DNA of 64,000 bases, from positions 4,344,123 through 4,408,122 of the forward strand of contig NW_002060944.1 in assembly GCF_000150275.1 (NCBI RefSeq), written 5' to 3'. The notes beneath the pieces are model-generated. The model made no database searches. It was not told the DNA's origin and worked only from the letters and a program-made list of their open reading frames with translations. Position 1 is the stretch's first letter. Each line of letters opens with the position of its first letter. The position numbers and the translations under genes were made by a program. This document shows, piece after piece, positions 14,060 to 27,500 of the stretch. This DNA comes from Trichoplax adhaerens (lineage: Eukaryota; Animalia; Placozoa).

Positions 14060-16020
14060 TGTACACTGGACTGTACTGTACGACCAGTCGTGTGACCATC
14101 ATTCAAAATGATGACAAGAGTGGAACACTTTCTGTACTGTACTTCAGTCGGGCCGTCCGAAGACTTGGGAACGGTCGCTGTCTCAGAAATCGTGGCGGAT
14201 CTTAATCTGACTAGTACTGTACACTGTACAGTACTGTACAGTACAGTACAGTACACTAGTACAGTACTAGTACTGTATAGATCATAACGGTTCGAACCGA
14301 ACCTTTCTCAGGTCTAACTAGTACTGTACTAATGCTTTCTGCTCTTTACAGTATGCTGTACTGTAGTATACAGTGCTTTATACTGCGACCTGCAGTACCT
14401 TGTACTGTGCTTGAGTCCGGCCTTCCGAGTATTTCGAGAACGGTCGCGGTCACAGAAATAGTGGCGGATCTCAATCTTACTACTGTACTGTACAGTATTG
14501 TAACGATAAGAAGGACGTTGCAAAACACTGGTACATTATTACAGTACCAAGCATCTTCGCCTTGGCTATGGCCATTGGTAATGGTATTGTACTGTACAGT
14601 ACAGTACATACCAGAGCACAGTAAAAATGCAACGTGACATACAGTACAGTCATTCATTGGTCAAGGGTCATCGTGTGATATCCCTATCAGTAATATTATT
14701 ATTGATTTATAGTACTGTACAGTGTACAGTACAATTGTACTAACTTTGAACGATAGCAGTATGGTAAGCTCCACGATTAAATCCTTTCGGTCGAACACTT
14801 ACTAATATAAAATAAATAATAAATACGCCTGTACAGTACTGTACTGTATACTACAGTACACTAAAAACATTGTACAGTACATGAGACGTGGGACACTGAT
14901 TGTGCAGTACGTACAGTAAGACTGTTCCGGTGAAATTGTAAATGCCTTGAAGTGTTGACGAAATGACAGAGGCAGTTTCTCACTCATTTTTTTGTTATAT
15001 TCTCAGTCGTTTCTAAATGAACTTCTGATTCTCTAGTAGTCTTCCTAAGAGCTTTATGGTTAAAACGATCTTAATTTTTCGCCTAAAATTACAGTACTGT
15101 ACAGTAAGTACAATCATTCAATGCTGTACTGTATTATTAATTAATGATTAATAAGGAAAGTTATGACTATTATTATTATTATTGACTGTCGATCCCTTCT
15201 TACTCAAGCGTACTAAACTTGCACTTTTTACTTTATACAGTATTATCGGATGATTTGCATAGTATTGTAATGATGTTTATTTATTTCTATTTTACATGGA
15301 GATCATAACGTATGTAGGCTGCGATACTGAAGCAAATCAAGGCTCTTCAAGTTATCTTCCCTTTGTAATAGTTCTTGTAGTAGTCTTTGGCACAATGTCT
15401 ATTTGTTGAATGCAATCCATAAAGCTATGATGGGCGTACCCTAATACTGGACACTGGTCCGTACAGTACATGCAGTACAGTGTACAGTACTGTATACTGT
15501 ATACGGTACAGTAAAGTTGATCCAATTGAAGCGACGTGACCCCGCCGCCTCAATAACATAATAGTGATAGTGGCACCTAGTGGCACCAGTGTTAGAGTCC
15601 AGTGGGCTGTATCCATGTGCTTTTCTGCTGCATCACCACGACAACAATAAGGCAGACAAGGCAAGCAAATTCATTTCTTTCGTTGTCGTAATATCTTCTA
15701 TTGAGAAGCAGTACTACATTGTAGCAACTACAGCAACGTCAACGGGACTAATCCATTACTACACGTTCAATGCCTTACTTGTACCTGTATAATGCTGTCG
15801 TCATGATTATGATCCATTTTTCAGGCTTTACTACTCCAATGCCAGTACAGTACTCCAGTACAATACTGTGTACCCTAGGGACCAATGTATGTACTGTACA
15901 GTCATTTTGACTGTCTCATACTTCATCTACGGTACAGTACCGTACTGTACTGTACAGTGAGTGTACACGTGACACTTGAATCGGTAGGCGTTACTACGTC
16001 AGTACTGTACAGTACAGTAC
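14060..16020. repeat. CAGTA/TACTG micro-repeat-rich divergent promoter region between FKBP15 and PRDX6
   Basis: Many TACAGTACTGTA palindromes and CAGTA runs (about 14212-14277, 14590-14607, 14830-14880, 15461-15512, 15930-16020) between the head-to-head ATGs at 13857 (-) and 16220 (+). Confidence 0.8.
14133..14490. repeat. Two diverged direct copies of a ~88 bp GC-rich unit (14133-14221 and 14401-14490)
   Basis: GAACGGTCGCTGTCTCAGAAATCGTGGCGGATCTTAATCT versus GAACGGTCGCGGTCACAGAAATAGTGGCGGATCTCAATCT. Confidence 0.85.
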
Positions 16021-16033
16021 TTGCAGAGCCTTC

Positions 16034-16050
16034 TATAAAAGGTATAAATA
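16034..16050 (+). promoter_or_regulatory. Tandem TATA-like boxes upstream of PRDX6
   Basis: TATAAAA (16034-16040) and TATAAATA (16043-16050) immediately after the CAGTA array; probable 5' UTR intron at about 16122-16202 before the ATG at 16220. Confidence 0.5.
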
Positions 16051-16219
16051 GTAGAGGAGCAACGATGAGTAAGCACATTATTGCAAGCTTTGCTGACGTG
16101 CTAATTTGGAGCTGCATCTTGGTAGGTTTGCTAACTTGGGTTGATATTGCCATAGCATTAATCACTTCTTGTAATTGTGGTTACTATTTTCATTCGTATT
16201 AGATTGGTAAAGAACGAAA

Positions 16220-19200
16220 ATGGTCAATCTCGGCGATCAATTACCTAATTTTAAAGCGAATACAACCCAAGGCAATATTGAATTCCATTCCTGGCTAAAT
16301 GGAAAGTAAGTTTCATCGCTTCCAAGTATCAATCGTGTATAGTATGTATAAGAGATACACAAGTTGGCTACAGCTTTGCAAATGCACAGTACAGTAGGTC
16401 TACTCTTCTTCTTTCAAACTTTGACAAACCCAGACCAGAACTTATCATAGATTACCATCATTTGATATCCAATCGATGCGATGATGAACGTGGATGATTT
16501 TCTTTCCATTTGATGCATTCCACACACATCTGCTACTATTTACTTTGAAATAAATGGAGTGTATATCATGTCTATTGCTAAATCCTGTCTGGATTAGACT
16601 AATCTCCAGACGGATTGGATCGGATAATAGCTGATAACGATTGAATCATCGGAGGTAGCAGCTGCAACATCTTGCTCTTACCTTTTTTGTGATTGAAATG
16701 AATAAGATGTGAGATGGATGCCAATAATTGAACCCTATCTGCTGCTTTAAATACAATCGATTTGAAACTGGGAAACTCTCTATTCAGCGCTCATCATATA
16801 CTATGACTTGGTTTGCATTTTTCTCTTTTTTTTTTTTTACAAAAGACCCAGGATAAGAACTGTCTTTATACAAAATTGCTGCTATCGCACGTTTTATGTG
16901 TTGTAGCCAGAAAAGCTGTATTTCAATAGACTACAAAACGATATGATCCACTTTCTCTCTTGAGCCTTTAAAGCTGATGCAACTCGGCTAGTATAGTATT
17001 ACATTTGTAATCTGATATATCACATACTGTAGTACTATACTAAAATCACATCCTATGTGTATGAACTGGCGTGGGCTAAATTGTACAGTACAGTATGTTT
17101 AGCAGTTGATAGTTAGAGCACACCAAACTACTTTACTCGTATATGTTAGACACCTAATAATTGTAAGGGACCACTCGAAAGAGTAGTTCCTAATAATTCA
17201 ATCGACCTTCAATAATTAAATAGTTAATTATATCTATGTGTAACTTCCATCTTTCTTTCACCAATACTTATATAACGTGCCATACTGTCAAAAACTCTTG
17301 TATGTTGTAAAAATTCACAATCAGCTATCCGTTCAAGATCGATCGTTCGTTCATTTTTCAAATAAGTAAGGTAGACTGAGAACAAAGTAACATTGTATAA
17401 ATCCGCAGTCAGCTTGTTCATGAATCATAAAGAATGAAGAGTTATAACAGGCACTACTCGAAAAAAAACTACTTCGTGATTGTACTGTAGCTAATATACA
17501 ATTCGAATTCGAGCACGTTAACCAGCAGTCTTCTTTATTAGCACAGTGTAGATCGATAACTGCTCAATCGTGCGTGCATCACTTGTGTTCTACATCAACT
17601 ATTTTCTATCCATATTTTACGTATGTGTTTGAGGGCTGGACTGCAAGTTGTGATTAATGAATAATTAATTTCTTCTCTTTAAATTGGGACATTAATTACT
17701 TCTTAACCGTAAATTATAAAAATAGAGAAACGTTTGTGTTGTATTCCACCCAGGCTGACATCATTAATTAGCTTACTGTACAATACTGTGTAGAAATCAA
17801 CTCTATTATATTGCAGTAAACAGCACAGATTATACAGTAATCTACCTATTATATTACAGTATACTGTATTGTCCGCAGCATAAAATACCGCAAAGCAAAC
17901 AATCTCCGCTGCTGCTTGATTCACGTGCTATTTCTATAGTTCAATTAAGAATAGAAACACAGCATGTTACTATTGTCATCCTTTAAAGAGATGGAGGGTA
18001 ATTAAAAACTTCCTGAAGTTACTGAATAGACTATTGCAATACACTTTTACGCCCGTTACGTTTTATTTTAATCAATTCTGATATGCCAGGACATTGCAAA
18101 TGAGTAGAACAATGGGTTCATAGGCTAATATCGAATTACGTACTGTATAACCAACCAAGGTTCTACTAGTTATACAGTATACTGTGTTTAAAAAAAATAG
18201 AATGCACAGCTGGGTGTACGGATTCGGCTACTATTATAATAAAATAACTGTTATACGGCATCACTTCATGAACCAATTTCAAAAGCCCATTTCTAGTAGC
18301 CGAAATTTGGGCAGCATTATCATCTTCAATGTAATTCACGATCGTGCGTGACTCGTCTTATTCAATTTCTGTCACTACAATAGGTTCCACAGAAGCTGAG
18401 TACCATCAGCTCATATATGAAAATATCGATGTCGTAATTATATTGCATGCAAGTACAGCTAAATCCTTACTATGTTGACTAATAAATAAATGTTCACCGA
18501 ATCAGTAACACAACAACAGTTACCTATAATTTGATAAACCATGAAGGACCATTTTATTTTATATTATTTTTACGAAATTGGCGTACACATACTTTTATAT
18601 CTATCTAATGTTCGTGTTCCTCTCCTATACTATCATATACTGTCAGTTCATTCATTAAATATAACCAGTACATCCGTTGAGCTATGATTTCATGTTTGTA
18701 TAGTATACTTAATGCAACTTTCGATCATTTAAACTATACTGTAGATGGGGAATCTTATTCTCTCACCCGGACGATTATACTCCTGTATGTACTACCGAAC
18801 TTGGAAGGGCAGCTAAATTAGCACCAGAATTCGAAAAGCGTGGAGTCAAGTTGATTGGACTTTCTTGCAATTCGGCTTCATCTCATTCCGGTTGGATTAA
18901 AGACATCGAAGCCTATAGTAGTTTAAGTGGCCAATTTCCTTTCCCTATCATCGCAGATGAAAAAAGAGAGCTTGCAGTACAACTTGGAATGCTCGACCCA
19001 GACGAGAAGGACAGTGCCGGATTACCTCTTACTTGTCGCGCTGTATGATATATTTTTCTTTAATAAAATATTTCTTTACCCTACTTTCTTAACAGAAATT
19101 ACCATTTTCTGTACGACCAACTACCATAGCATTGATTACGCTAATTATTGTACAATTATGATATATGCTTGCCTCATCATCAATTTTTTTTCATTAGGTA

Positions 19201-19709
19201 TTTATCGTTGATCAGAACGCAAAACTTAAATTGTCCTTATTGTACCCCGCTACAACTGGAAGAAACTTCGATGAAATTTTGCGCGTCGTTGACTCCCTTA
19301 AACTAACTGTTGAGAAGAAAGTAGCAACTCCAGTTGACTGGAAGGTATGACATTCTCACATTTCTATCTCATCTAAATTTAATGCCATCATCCCCTGAAA
19401 TCAGGGGTACCAGATAGGTGTATATAGACTCCAATCAATCAGTATCTTATTATCTATCTATAATGTATCAAAATCATTTGCCCATATTCGTTCTGAATCG
19501 CAAGTCAGCCAACTTTACCATGCCATTTCTAATTAATATTCTCTCACTCTTTATTTTGTCTACGTCTCCTGTATCAATAGGCTGGCGATAAATGTATGGT
19601 TATTCCTTCTGTAAAAGCCGAAGATATCCCTAAGTTATTCCCAAAAGGAGTCGAAATTGCCAACGTCCCATCCGGCAAGCAATACATCAGGCTAACTCCT
19701 CAGCCATAA
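16220..19709 (+). CDS. PRDX6: 1-Cys peroxiredoxin (peroxiredoxin-6)
   Basis: Exons 16220-16305, 18745-19042, 19198-19344 and 19581-19709 splice to MVNLGDQLPNF...WGILFSHPDDYTPVCTTELG...LTCRAVFIVD...YPATTGRNFDEILR...VATPVDW...PSGKQYIRLTPQP*. The PVCTTE peroxidatic motif is diagnostic. AATAAA at 19942. Confidence 0.97.
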
Positions 19710-21521
19710 ATTACGAATACGTTTCTATTAACTTAATGACGCCATCTTCGTAATCGTAGCTTAGACTCTATAACGACTACCATATCGAATATTAATGTAG
19801 CTAGTTTTAAGGTATATTATTATGATGCACGATCGCCAATAGATTACTACTCTTGAGGGACAAGTCGCTAGTGTACTTTCAACTATGCAGCTTGTCAATA
19901 TATCATCTTACTAGTCGTATTATTTATACGCATATTTTGGTAATAAAGCATAATCGTCTGTGTCAATACGGTGTTTCTATTACCGGTTTCAAAATTATTC
20001 ATTAATAACCTCTTTGCCTTGATTTCTTTAATTCAGCTGTATTCAGAACAGAACCCTTGTACGTCATCGTAGCCTTGCAAAGTAATAGGAGTTTAATTTT
20101 GTATATTCTCTATAGCATGTGCACTATAGTAATATGAGCTCAAGTACCGTACACAGACAGATTAATAATGTTAATGAAAAGATAGCCATAATTGATTACC
20201 TTTGTATTATCATAACAACAACAATGGCCTAATATCTGAGCTAAACGTGCTTCTACTGTTTGCAAACTTATCCTACTGCAGTCCTCTTTACGTCGTTGTA
20301 AATAGGTTGAGGACACAAAATAAATTTAATATATTTATAAGTACAGTAGATACTTCCAAAATAGTAAAGTACAGAAGAAGAATTAATGAACCCATATACA
20401 ATCTACTACTACGTAAAAAGAATGCGAGTCCCATTTACGGTTGATGAAGCTCGTTTCATGATACTTTCACATCACCCATTATCATGTAGCTACCAGTCCT
20501 AAAAAATATAGATGAAATAATGATATGAAGAAGGTATAGTACTGTACATTCATAGAGTATTGTACTGTACCCAGTACAGAATAAGTATTTTAATTTGCAT
20601 TAAACGCACTGCCTCGTTTCATGGCCATGATAGTGAGATCTATTGAATTGCTAAAGGGCAGCATGCAACTGACGGTAATCATAAATCTCTTGAATGCATT
20701 CATAAGTACCGAAATTTTACTAGGAAAATGTAACAAGAATCGGCATGAATACTATAGATACTGTAGATATGCAATTATTAGAACTGATCTAAATTTTCAG
20801 CCGTTGTTGGGGAGCTTATTTAAATTCTGTTGACGAAAGAGTTTGTGAATCTATGTAAATGAAGTACAAACTCGTATTGCGCGATTGTAGAGGCTTTTAT
20901 ATTTACAAAATACATAAATCAAGACATAAACGATATAGTTGATATAACATCACGTTAGAAAACCGAAAATTTTATTACATTCCAACGAAGATAAAGAACT
21001 CTAGCGATATTGTCAATAACTTTTTACCAAGAATAGTTTTTGCAACCGGTCAACCGCTAGACAGTAAAAGGCACTTCGTAAAATTTGTACTATTAATAAT
21101 ATTTATAATATACAGTGAAATATTGATAAATCTTTTCAGCACATTGTTATTATATCACGCACTAAAACGAAATGGGACTATCATAAATGACGATTGCTTT
21201 CAAAAAATTAATTTTAAAACACGTTATTCCAGTGTGGTACGGGTATGTACAAATTCAGTAGTATAAAATATGGTATTGATAGGTTTTCGTGCAACAACAA
21301 ATTTATCTAAAACATAGATTATAATTATGTATGAGTACTGTACATAAAATTATCCAACGCTTCTAAGAATAAACCAGGTATAGTGTACTATAATTCATAA
21401 TAAAGTTTCGGTAAAATCCAATATATAATATATGATATCCTTACAATTTGAAGGAAAAATAGCCAGACATACACGCTATAAGCGACACCCATAAATAAAT
21501 TCTATTTCCGGCGATTGTTTC

Positions 21522-24500
21522 TTAGATTTTTCTAACAATCATATATATTTCTTGCTGGGCAGTATTAAGTGCATAATAAACATTGGTACCTTTAGGGATA
21601 GCAACTTCTACAGCAATAAGATAAGATAATTGAAAAAAGTTAGACTTCCTACTTTACTAACTGTCAATAATAATACTGCAATTTTTTAATTCATATAAAT
21701 TTATTACTGAAATATTGCAACTAGATAATAACCGTTCTAAATCAAACTTTCAATGCATATAGTGTAAAGTGTATAAAATCATACTACCAACGACATTAGC
21801 AGCTGAAATTTACATTCGTTCAGAATATAATGGTAAAAACAGAATAATTATTTAGACGGTTTATCAAATATTAACCTTTCTTATCCATAGATTGCAGCAA
21901 TTCATATGAATTAGGGTCTTCATCTTGAAAGCCATACTTAAATAAAACCTTTTGTATTACAGAATTTGTTCTCTCCTGGCTACTTATCTATTGCATAGAA
22001 TGTTTAAATAAGAAAATTTCTCTTTCATATGACGTAGGGTATTATTTAACGTATAAAGCTAGTTTAGCTCGAATATTAATAATACTCCAGTTACATCGAT
22101 AGTAGCTAATGATAAATATAACTTATTCGAAATTAATTTAATTTACTTACAACTATGCTTTTATAAACTTTCGTTATATTGGTGTAATTATGATTTTCAA
22201 AAATGACTTTCACCACATAGCATCCAAGAGGCGACGATAGCAATTTCATCGGGCCACTAGTTTGCTGAATTGATGTTGCAACTTTCATAAGGCTACTAGA
22301 CTGTTGAGGTGGAGATGCAAGTCTTGGATGGCCACCAGACTGTTGAGGTGAAGTTGCTAGTTTCATATGGCCACCGGTTTGTTGAGGTGAAGTTGCTAAC
22401 TTAGTTTGCTGAACAATGGCGGGTGACTGTGTGTTTGTTTTAATAGTACTTGTAGCTGCCGTCGTCGTTCCAGTCATTCCTTCACCACTTGAAGATGATG
22501 TTAAAGAGCCAATTGAACTCTATATATTAAATAATAAATTAATACAAATTTAATGATACAACTCATTAATGATTTATAATTTCTATAGTATACAATTCAA
22601 AAGCCAACCAAAAATTACTTACTCGTCTCGTTTCTTTATTCGGCGTTAGACTAATACTTTCGGTATCCAAACTATCTATACTCTCGCTTGGAATTAATTC
22701 GACATCAACAGAATTATTGACTCCACCAAATAGATTCCTATAGTACGCGTACATAAAAAAGGAATAACATTATATATACACTAAATTCCCTGATGTAACT
22801 GTAGATATTTAGATAAGAAATCTAAAAATAGAATAATATTTATTATTTCGACGTACTTTACGGAATGAAGAACACCACTTTTTCTATCCTTCGTTTTTGG
22901 TGTTCCATCTTTTTCGATATCCGTTGATAAACAAAAACTATTATATCAATAAGCAAGCATAAATTAGTACCTAAACATTACGCCTGGTAATGATCACAAA
23001 TTGGATATCAACTTAACGATTTAATAATAAAGTCATATCTCCATATCGACATTTCTAACCTTTCATCTTCGGTTAATAGATCTAACGATCGTAACCATCT
23101 CCTAAATTCTTTATCTGCAACTATCATATAATTTTTAGCGGTGGCTTGCAATAATTTTACTTTTGCAATCACTTCGAATTCCTATATACGAAAATATTGA
23201 CTACATTAATTTACCAAATTCGAGCGACGGTTCAACGGGTAAACAAGCCGACTATAAAATTCGACAATCCTATTTCGTTTTAACTTATTTTACTAACCCT
23301 CCTTTTTTTCTCGAAATTTATCAACTTGTCCTATTTAATGGATAAATACATAGAATAAAAATTAAAATTTTTTCTAAAATGAATCATACGACGCAGTGTA
23401 AAAATTAGTGAATGATGGATTATAATAATATATGATTATCGTATACTGTATATAACAGCTTCTACCATCTGTATTCCCCAACATTTACTGAGCTCATTAA
23501 TTATCAGTTTCATTACATTGATTTATAATTTCTTACAGTAATAATAGAATCTAATTTAGCTATCACCGCAACGTATAAAATCAATACATACTTCGGTCAT
23601 ATCTACATTTGCAGTATCCAGCATAGTTAAGTCCGTAAGGAAAGTGCCTAAATAAGGAACTGTGCCTTGAGGGACCATCGGCTACACAAAAATAGTTATA
23701 GGATTTGTTCATTCATTTCTCGAATGATTCACTGATGTCATAGTAAGAGATAACAAATAAGCAGTAGAATGATGACTTACTAGCTCAGGTCTCGATTTTC
23801 TTCTTCTTCTACGACTTAATCTTCTTAAACCAGATCCAGTTACTTCTGAAAATTTAGCAGTTCCTTCCTAATTAACAGAGACAAAGATATATTTGACATG
23901 AGATGTTGTAAGATACGCAGGTTAATACTGATCTTTATTCTTATAGTCAATGAATACACAAGGTAAATAGACCATGCTCTGTATTAATAAACTTACCTTC
24001 CATAAAACATCTCTACTTAGTTTTTGGTTATTTTCCTCCGAAAATAACATTAACAAGTCTTCAAAAATTTCAATTTTATCTCTATAAGTAAGTAAATAAA
24101 ATATAGATTTGGTTACATCTTCATACAATTAGTATTAAATATTTCTTCAGAAATGTAATCACATTTGTGATGATGTACAGTATATTGACAATGCACATAC
24201 TTATTCACATTTTGCCATGATTTTTTTAGTCTATGAATTGGAGAAAAATGTAATCCAGTAATAATAGCTTTCGACGATGAAAAGTTTTTCAATATTCTAC
24301 ATTCCTATAACAAGGAGTACAAATCAATAAATTAAAATCCTAATCCTGAAATTTTTTATTGAAATCATTAATTATAATAACATTACACTCATTTAACTGC
24401 ATAATATATTATTTTAATGACTAACTTGTGCTATATCTATCCATTTTGATATAATTTTGCCTCGTAAATGCGGTGTACTACTATCGCCACCATAATTCAG

Positions 24501-27500
24501 TATTGTTGTAACAACAGAAAATAAAACGCGATTAAATTGTTTGATTGTAGCCGTTACGCTACCGGTTAATTCATTTCCATCGTCTTTATTTCGTTTAGCC
24601 CAAATGCCACCCAAACACTGATGCGGGGTGACTTTTCTGAATAACTCCTGAAGTAAGTTAGGAATATCAAAGAAAAAATTGAATTATATCTGAAATATGT
24701 AACTAGTGGGCGGAAGAAAAGAAATACTAAGCTAAGTGAGTGGGTCGATATAGTTATTATAGCTTGCTATTGAGTTAAAACAATATAGTATAAATTATTC
24801 AGTAACTTTTTTTTTAGTATGCGTAAACTATCATTTGTGGTTTGAACTCTAAAATTCATATATGTAATTTATTCGTATGAGAAACTAAAAGCTGAAGATG
24901 ATATGTTATTATTATTATATCCAATGTATCGTTTTGATATGATATTTAACCATAAGGCATCACCACAATAGATTTTGAATTTAGGGTCGAAATCAAACTG
25001 CAATGCTTACCGCATCTAAAAGGGTTAGCTGTTCAGCAAAATTAGCCGTAGGAATAGACAGAAAATCCAAAGATAGTGACGATGCAGAACCACAGTTACT
25101 AGAACAATCGCTTTCCGCTAATTGAATTTAAAATACATACAGAGAAATTAAATTATCTCATAGTCATTTCTCAATAAAGATATAAAGCCGTTCCTAATCA
25201 TGATATAATAATAATTTCTGCGTTTCTAAACAACTCTACTTAATAAATTTCAAATCATAACTTGATGGGATAAGTACCGATTAATTTATATTTCACAGCA
25301 CATATTATTTACCGTCGTCATCTTCATTAGTTGATGCGGTGCCTTGATGAGAAGACTGGAAGCTATGTTGGCATTCTACTAGTCGTTCAATTAATTTTTC
25401 ATTTTTCATTACATTTCGTCCAAATTCTATTAATTTATTTAGTCGTGGATAATCTGGGTGTTGATCGAAATCAGCAGGATATTCTTCAATCCATGAATAT
25501 ATAAAATTACGAAGACATCTAACAGAGAGAAAGTTAACTCAGTGAATAAAGAGTAAAAATAAGTATAATGTATAATTTATCTTTCTGAAAATGTTTAATA
25601 GATTTAAAACTAGTACAGGTTAAATTTCTTGGCAAATGGATATCTTTTTTACTTGCAAGATATTGTAGGTTGGGAAATGATTTACTCTTTTTAATTTGTT
25701 GGACATGGATTGATATACTATTGATTCATCACTTAACGATGATGCAATGTTATCCGGCTTAATATAAATTCGTTTTTGTAATCTCAAAACTACAGCCATT
25801 TTTAGCAGTCAACTACGATATATACACGCAATAAAAGTCACTGATTTTCATTATTTGATATCTTGATTAACTGCTCTACAAGTATGGAAAGTTTCGAGTT
25901 TGTCTTTAAGTAGTCCTTGAATCGATTTTACAAAGTATTAAAGCATAATATCACTGGTAAGTAAAGATAAAAGAAATGATGAACGTAAGAAAAAAATCAA
26001 ATCAAATCAGGAAGAAATAAACTGAAAGAAATTGTATGACCAGAAATTGAATTCTCTTTAAAATTATCAACAGCAATAACAATAGATCAATTTATCGAAT
26101 AAAATACTATCATCAATTGTTTAGAATGGATTCTAGCGCAAATTGATATGCCAATTGCAATATAGAGTGAAATTATTAACGGTAAATAAAAATTACCGGA
26201 ATATTTTGTAGATAAATAAAAATACAATAACAGGATCTATCTAGCGATAACATTAATAATTATGAGGTGATATTAATTTAACTAGTCAAAATTAGAATAG
26301 CAAGAAGGGAGATATAAAATCAACTATACCCGAAAGGATAGATTAAGTCAAACGCCTCTGTGTTGATGAGTTAAATCGCGACAAATATTGTTAGAATATA
26401 TATACTGCAATACGCTAGTGATGACGGGTTTACTTTCTGGGAAGGATAGAATTAACCAAAACAACCAAATGATGTTTTGTAGTAGATAAACAGGTAAATT
26501 AAAGTATGAAAAGCCTACAGTTTGTTTGATCTAGTCAAGATAGAATTACCGGTAATTAAAGCGACAGATGCTGTTAATATAGTAAATGAACAAGTAAATT
26601 AAAGCGCAAAAATGCAGAGCGTTAATTTTATCGAGAAAGAACAGAACAAAATACAAGGATAGATACTGTTTACATCGCGGATAAATAAAAATAGATTGGA
26701 GAACGAAAGTGCCTATAATAAATTTCATAAGGGAAAATTCCTTAATAGTAACGATGGATAATGTTTACTTTACAGATAAGCAATTAGCTTAAGATTTAAA
26801 CTACGTAGTTCTGAATTAATGATCGATGATATTTATATCTAGATCAACAAGTAAACTGGTACGAGAAGACGCAGCATAGTCATAACTTTTATTGATATAT
26901 TTATACGTATCTTCAGTTACAGTATCAAGGGTGATAAAATGGAGCACGACAAGGCAGGATACGCTACGGGTAGAATATATCTAGTATATTATCGTCTAAT
27001 AGGCTTTTTACGTCCTATTCATCACATTGAGCGTTAGTTTATGTAGATCGATCGGAACTCAGTGAAAATAAAATTGATTTCTTCATTAAATTAAAATCGA
27101 ACACTACGCTTTAAATAATTATTAATCCCTGTCAAGAACCTCCATATTAATAGCTGCGTATAGAAATGGCTATCGTTATGTTTGCTGATGAAATACTATT
27201 CATTAAGATCTTTACATTTAAATAATTTATCGATATTACTTCCACATTAACTTTGTAAAAAGAGTGTTTGAGTAACCGGAATTCAATTTAATTAGCAACG
27301 TAAATTGTAAATCTACTACCGTCATCTGATTAATACAATAATTTGCTTTGCAATTAAATGCTGAGATTGAACTCCTCGTGGAGGGCAACGTGTGCATCAA
27401 ATATTTTCCCAGAAATTTGCACGTTGACATTAGCACTACTATCTACTACTTAATACTCTTAAAAGGATTGATACATTAGTATTGACTACAATTCAACATA

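Noticed and set aside
15568-15589. TAGTGGCACC twice, resembling a CTCF site on the minus strand
   Set aside because: Imperfect match explained by a 10-bp tandem duplication, and CTCF is regarded as bilaterian-specific.
14014-16202. Multiple ORF-track ORFs rich in YSTVQYCTVL
   Set aside because: They are translations of the stop-poor CAGTA/TACTG repeats; the same applies to ORFs at 4034-4258, 31681-31950 and 40263-40993.
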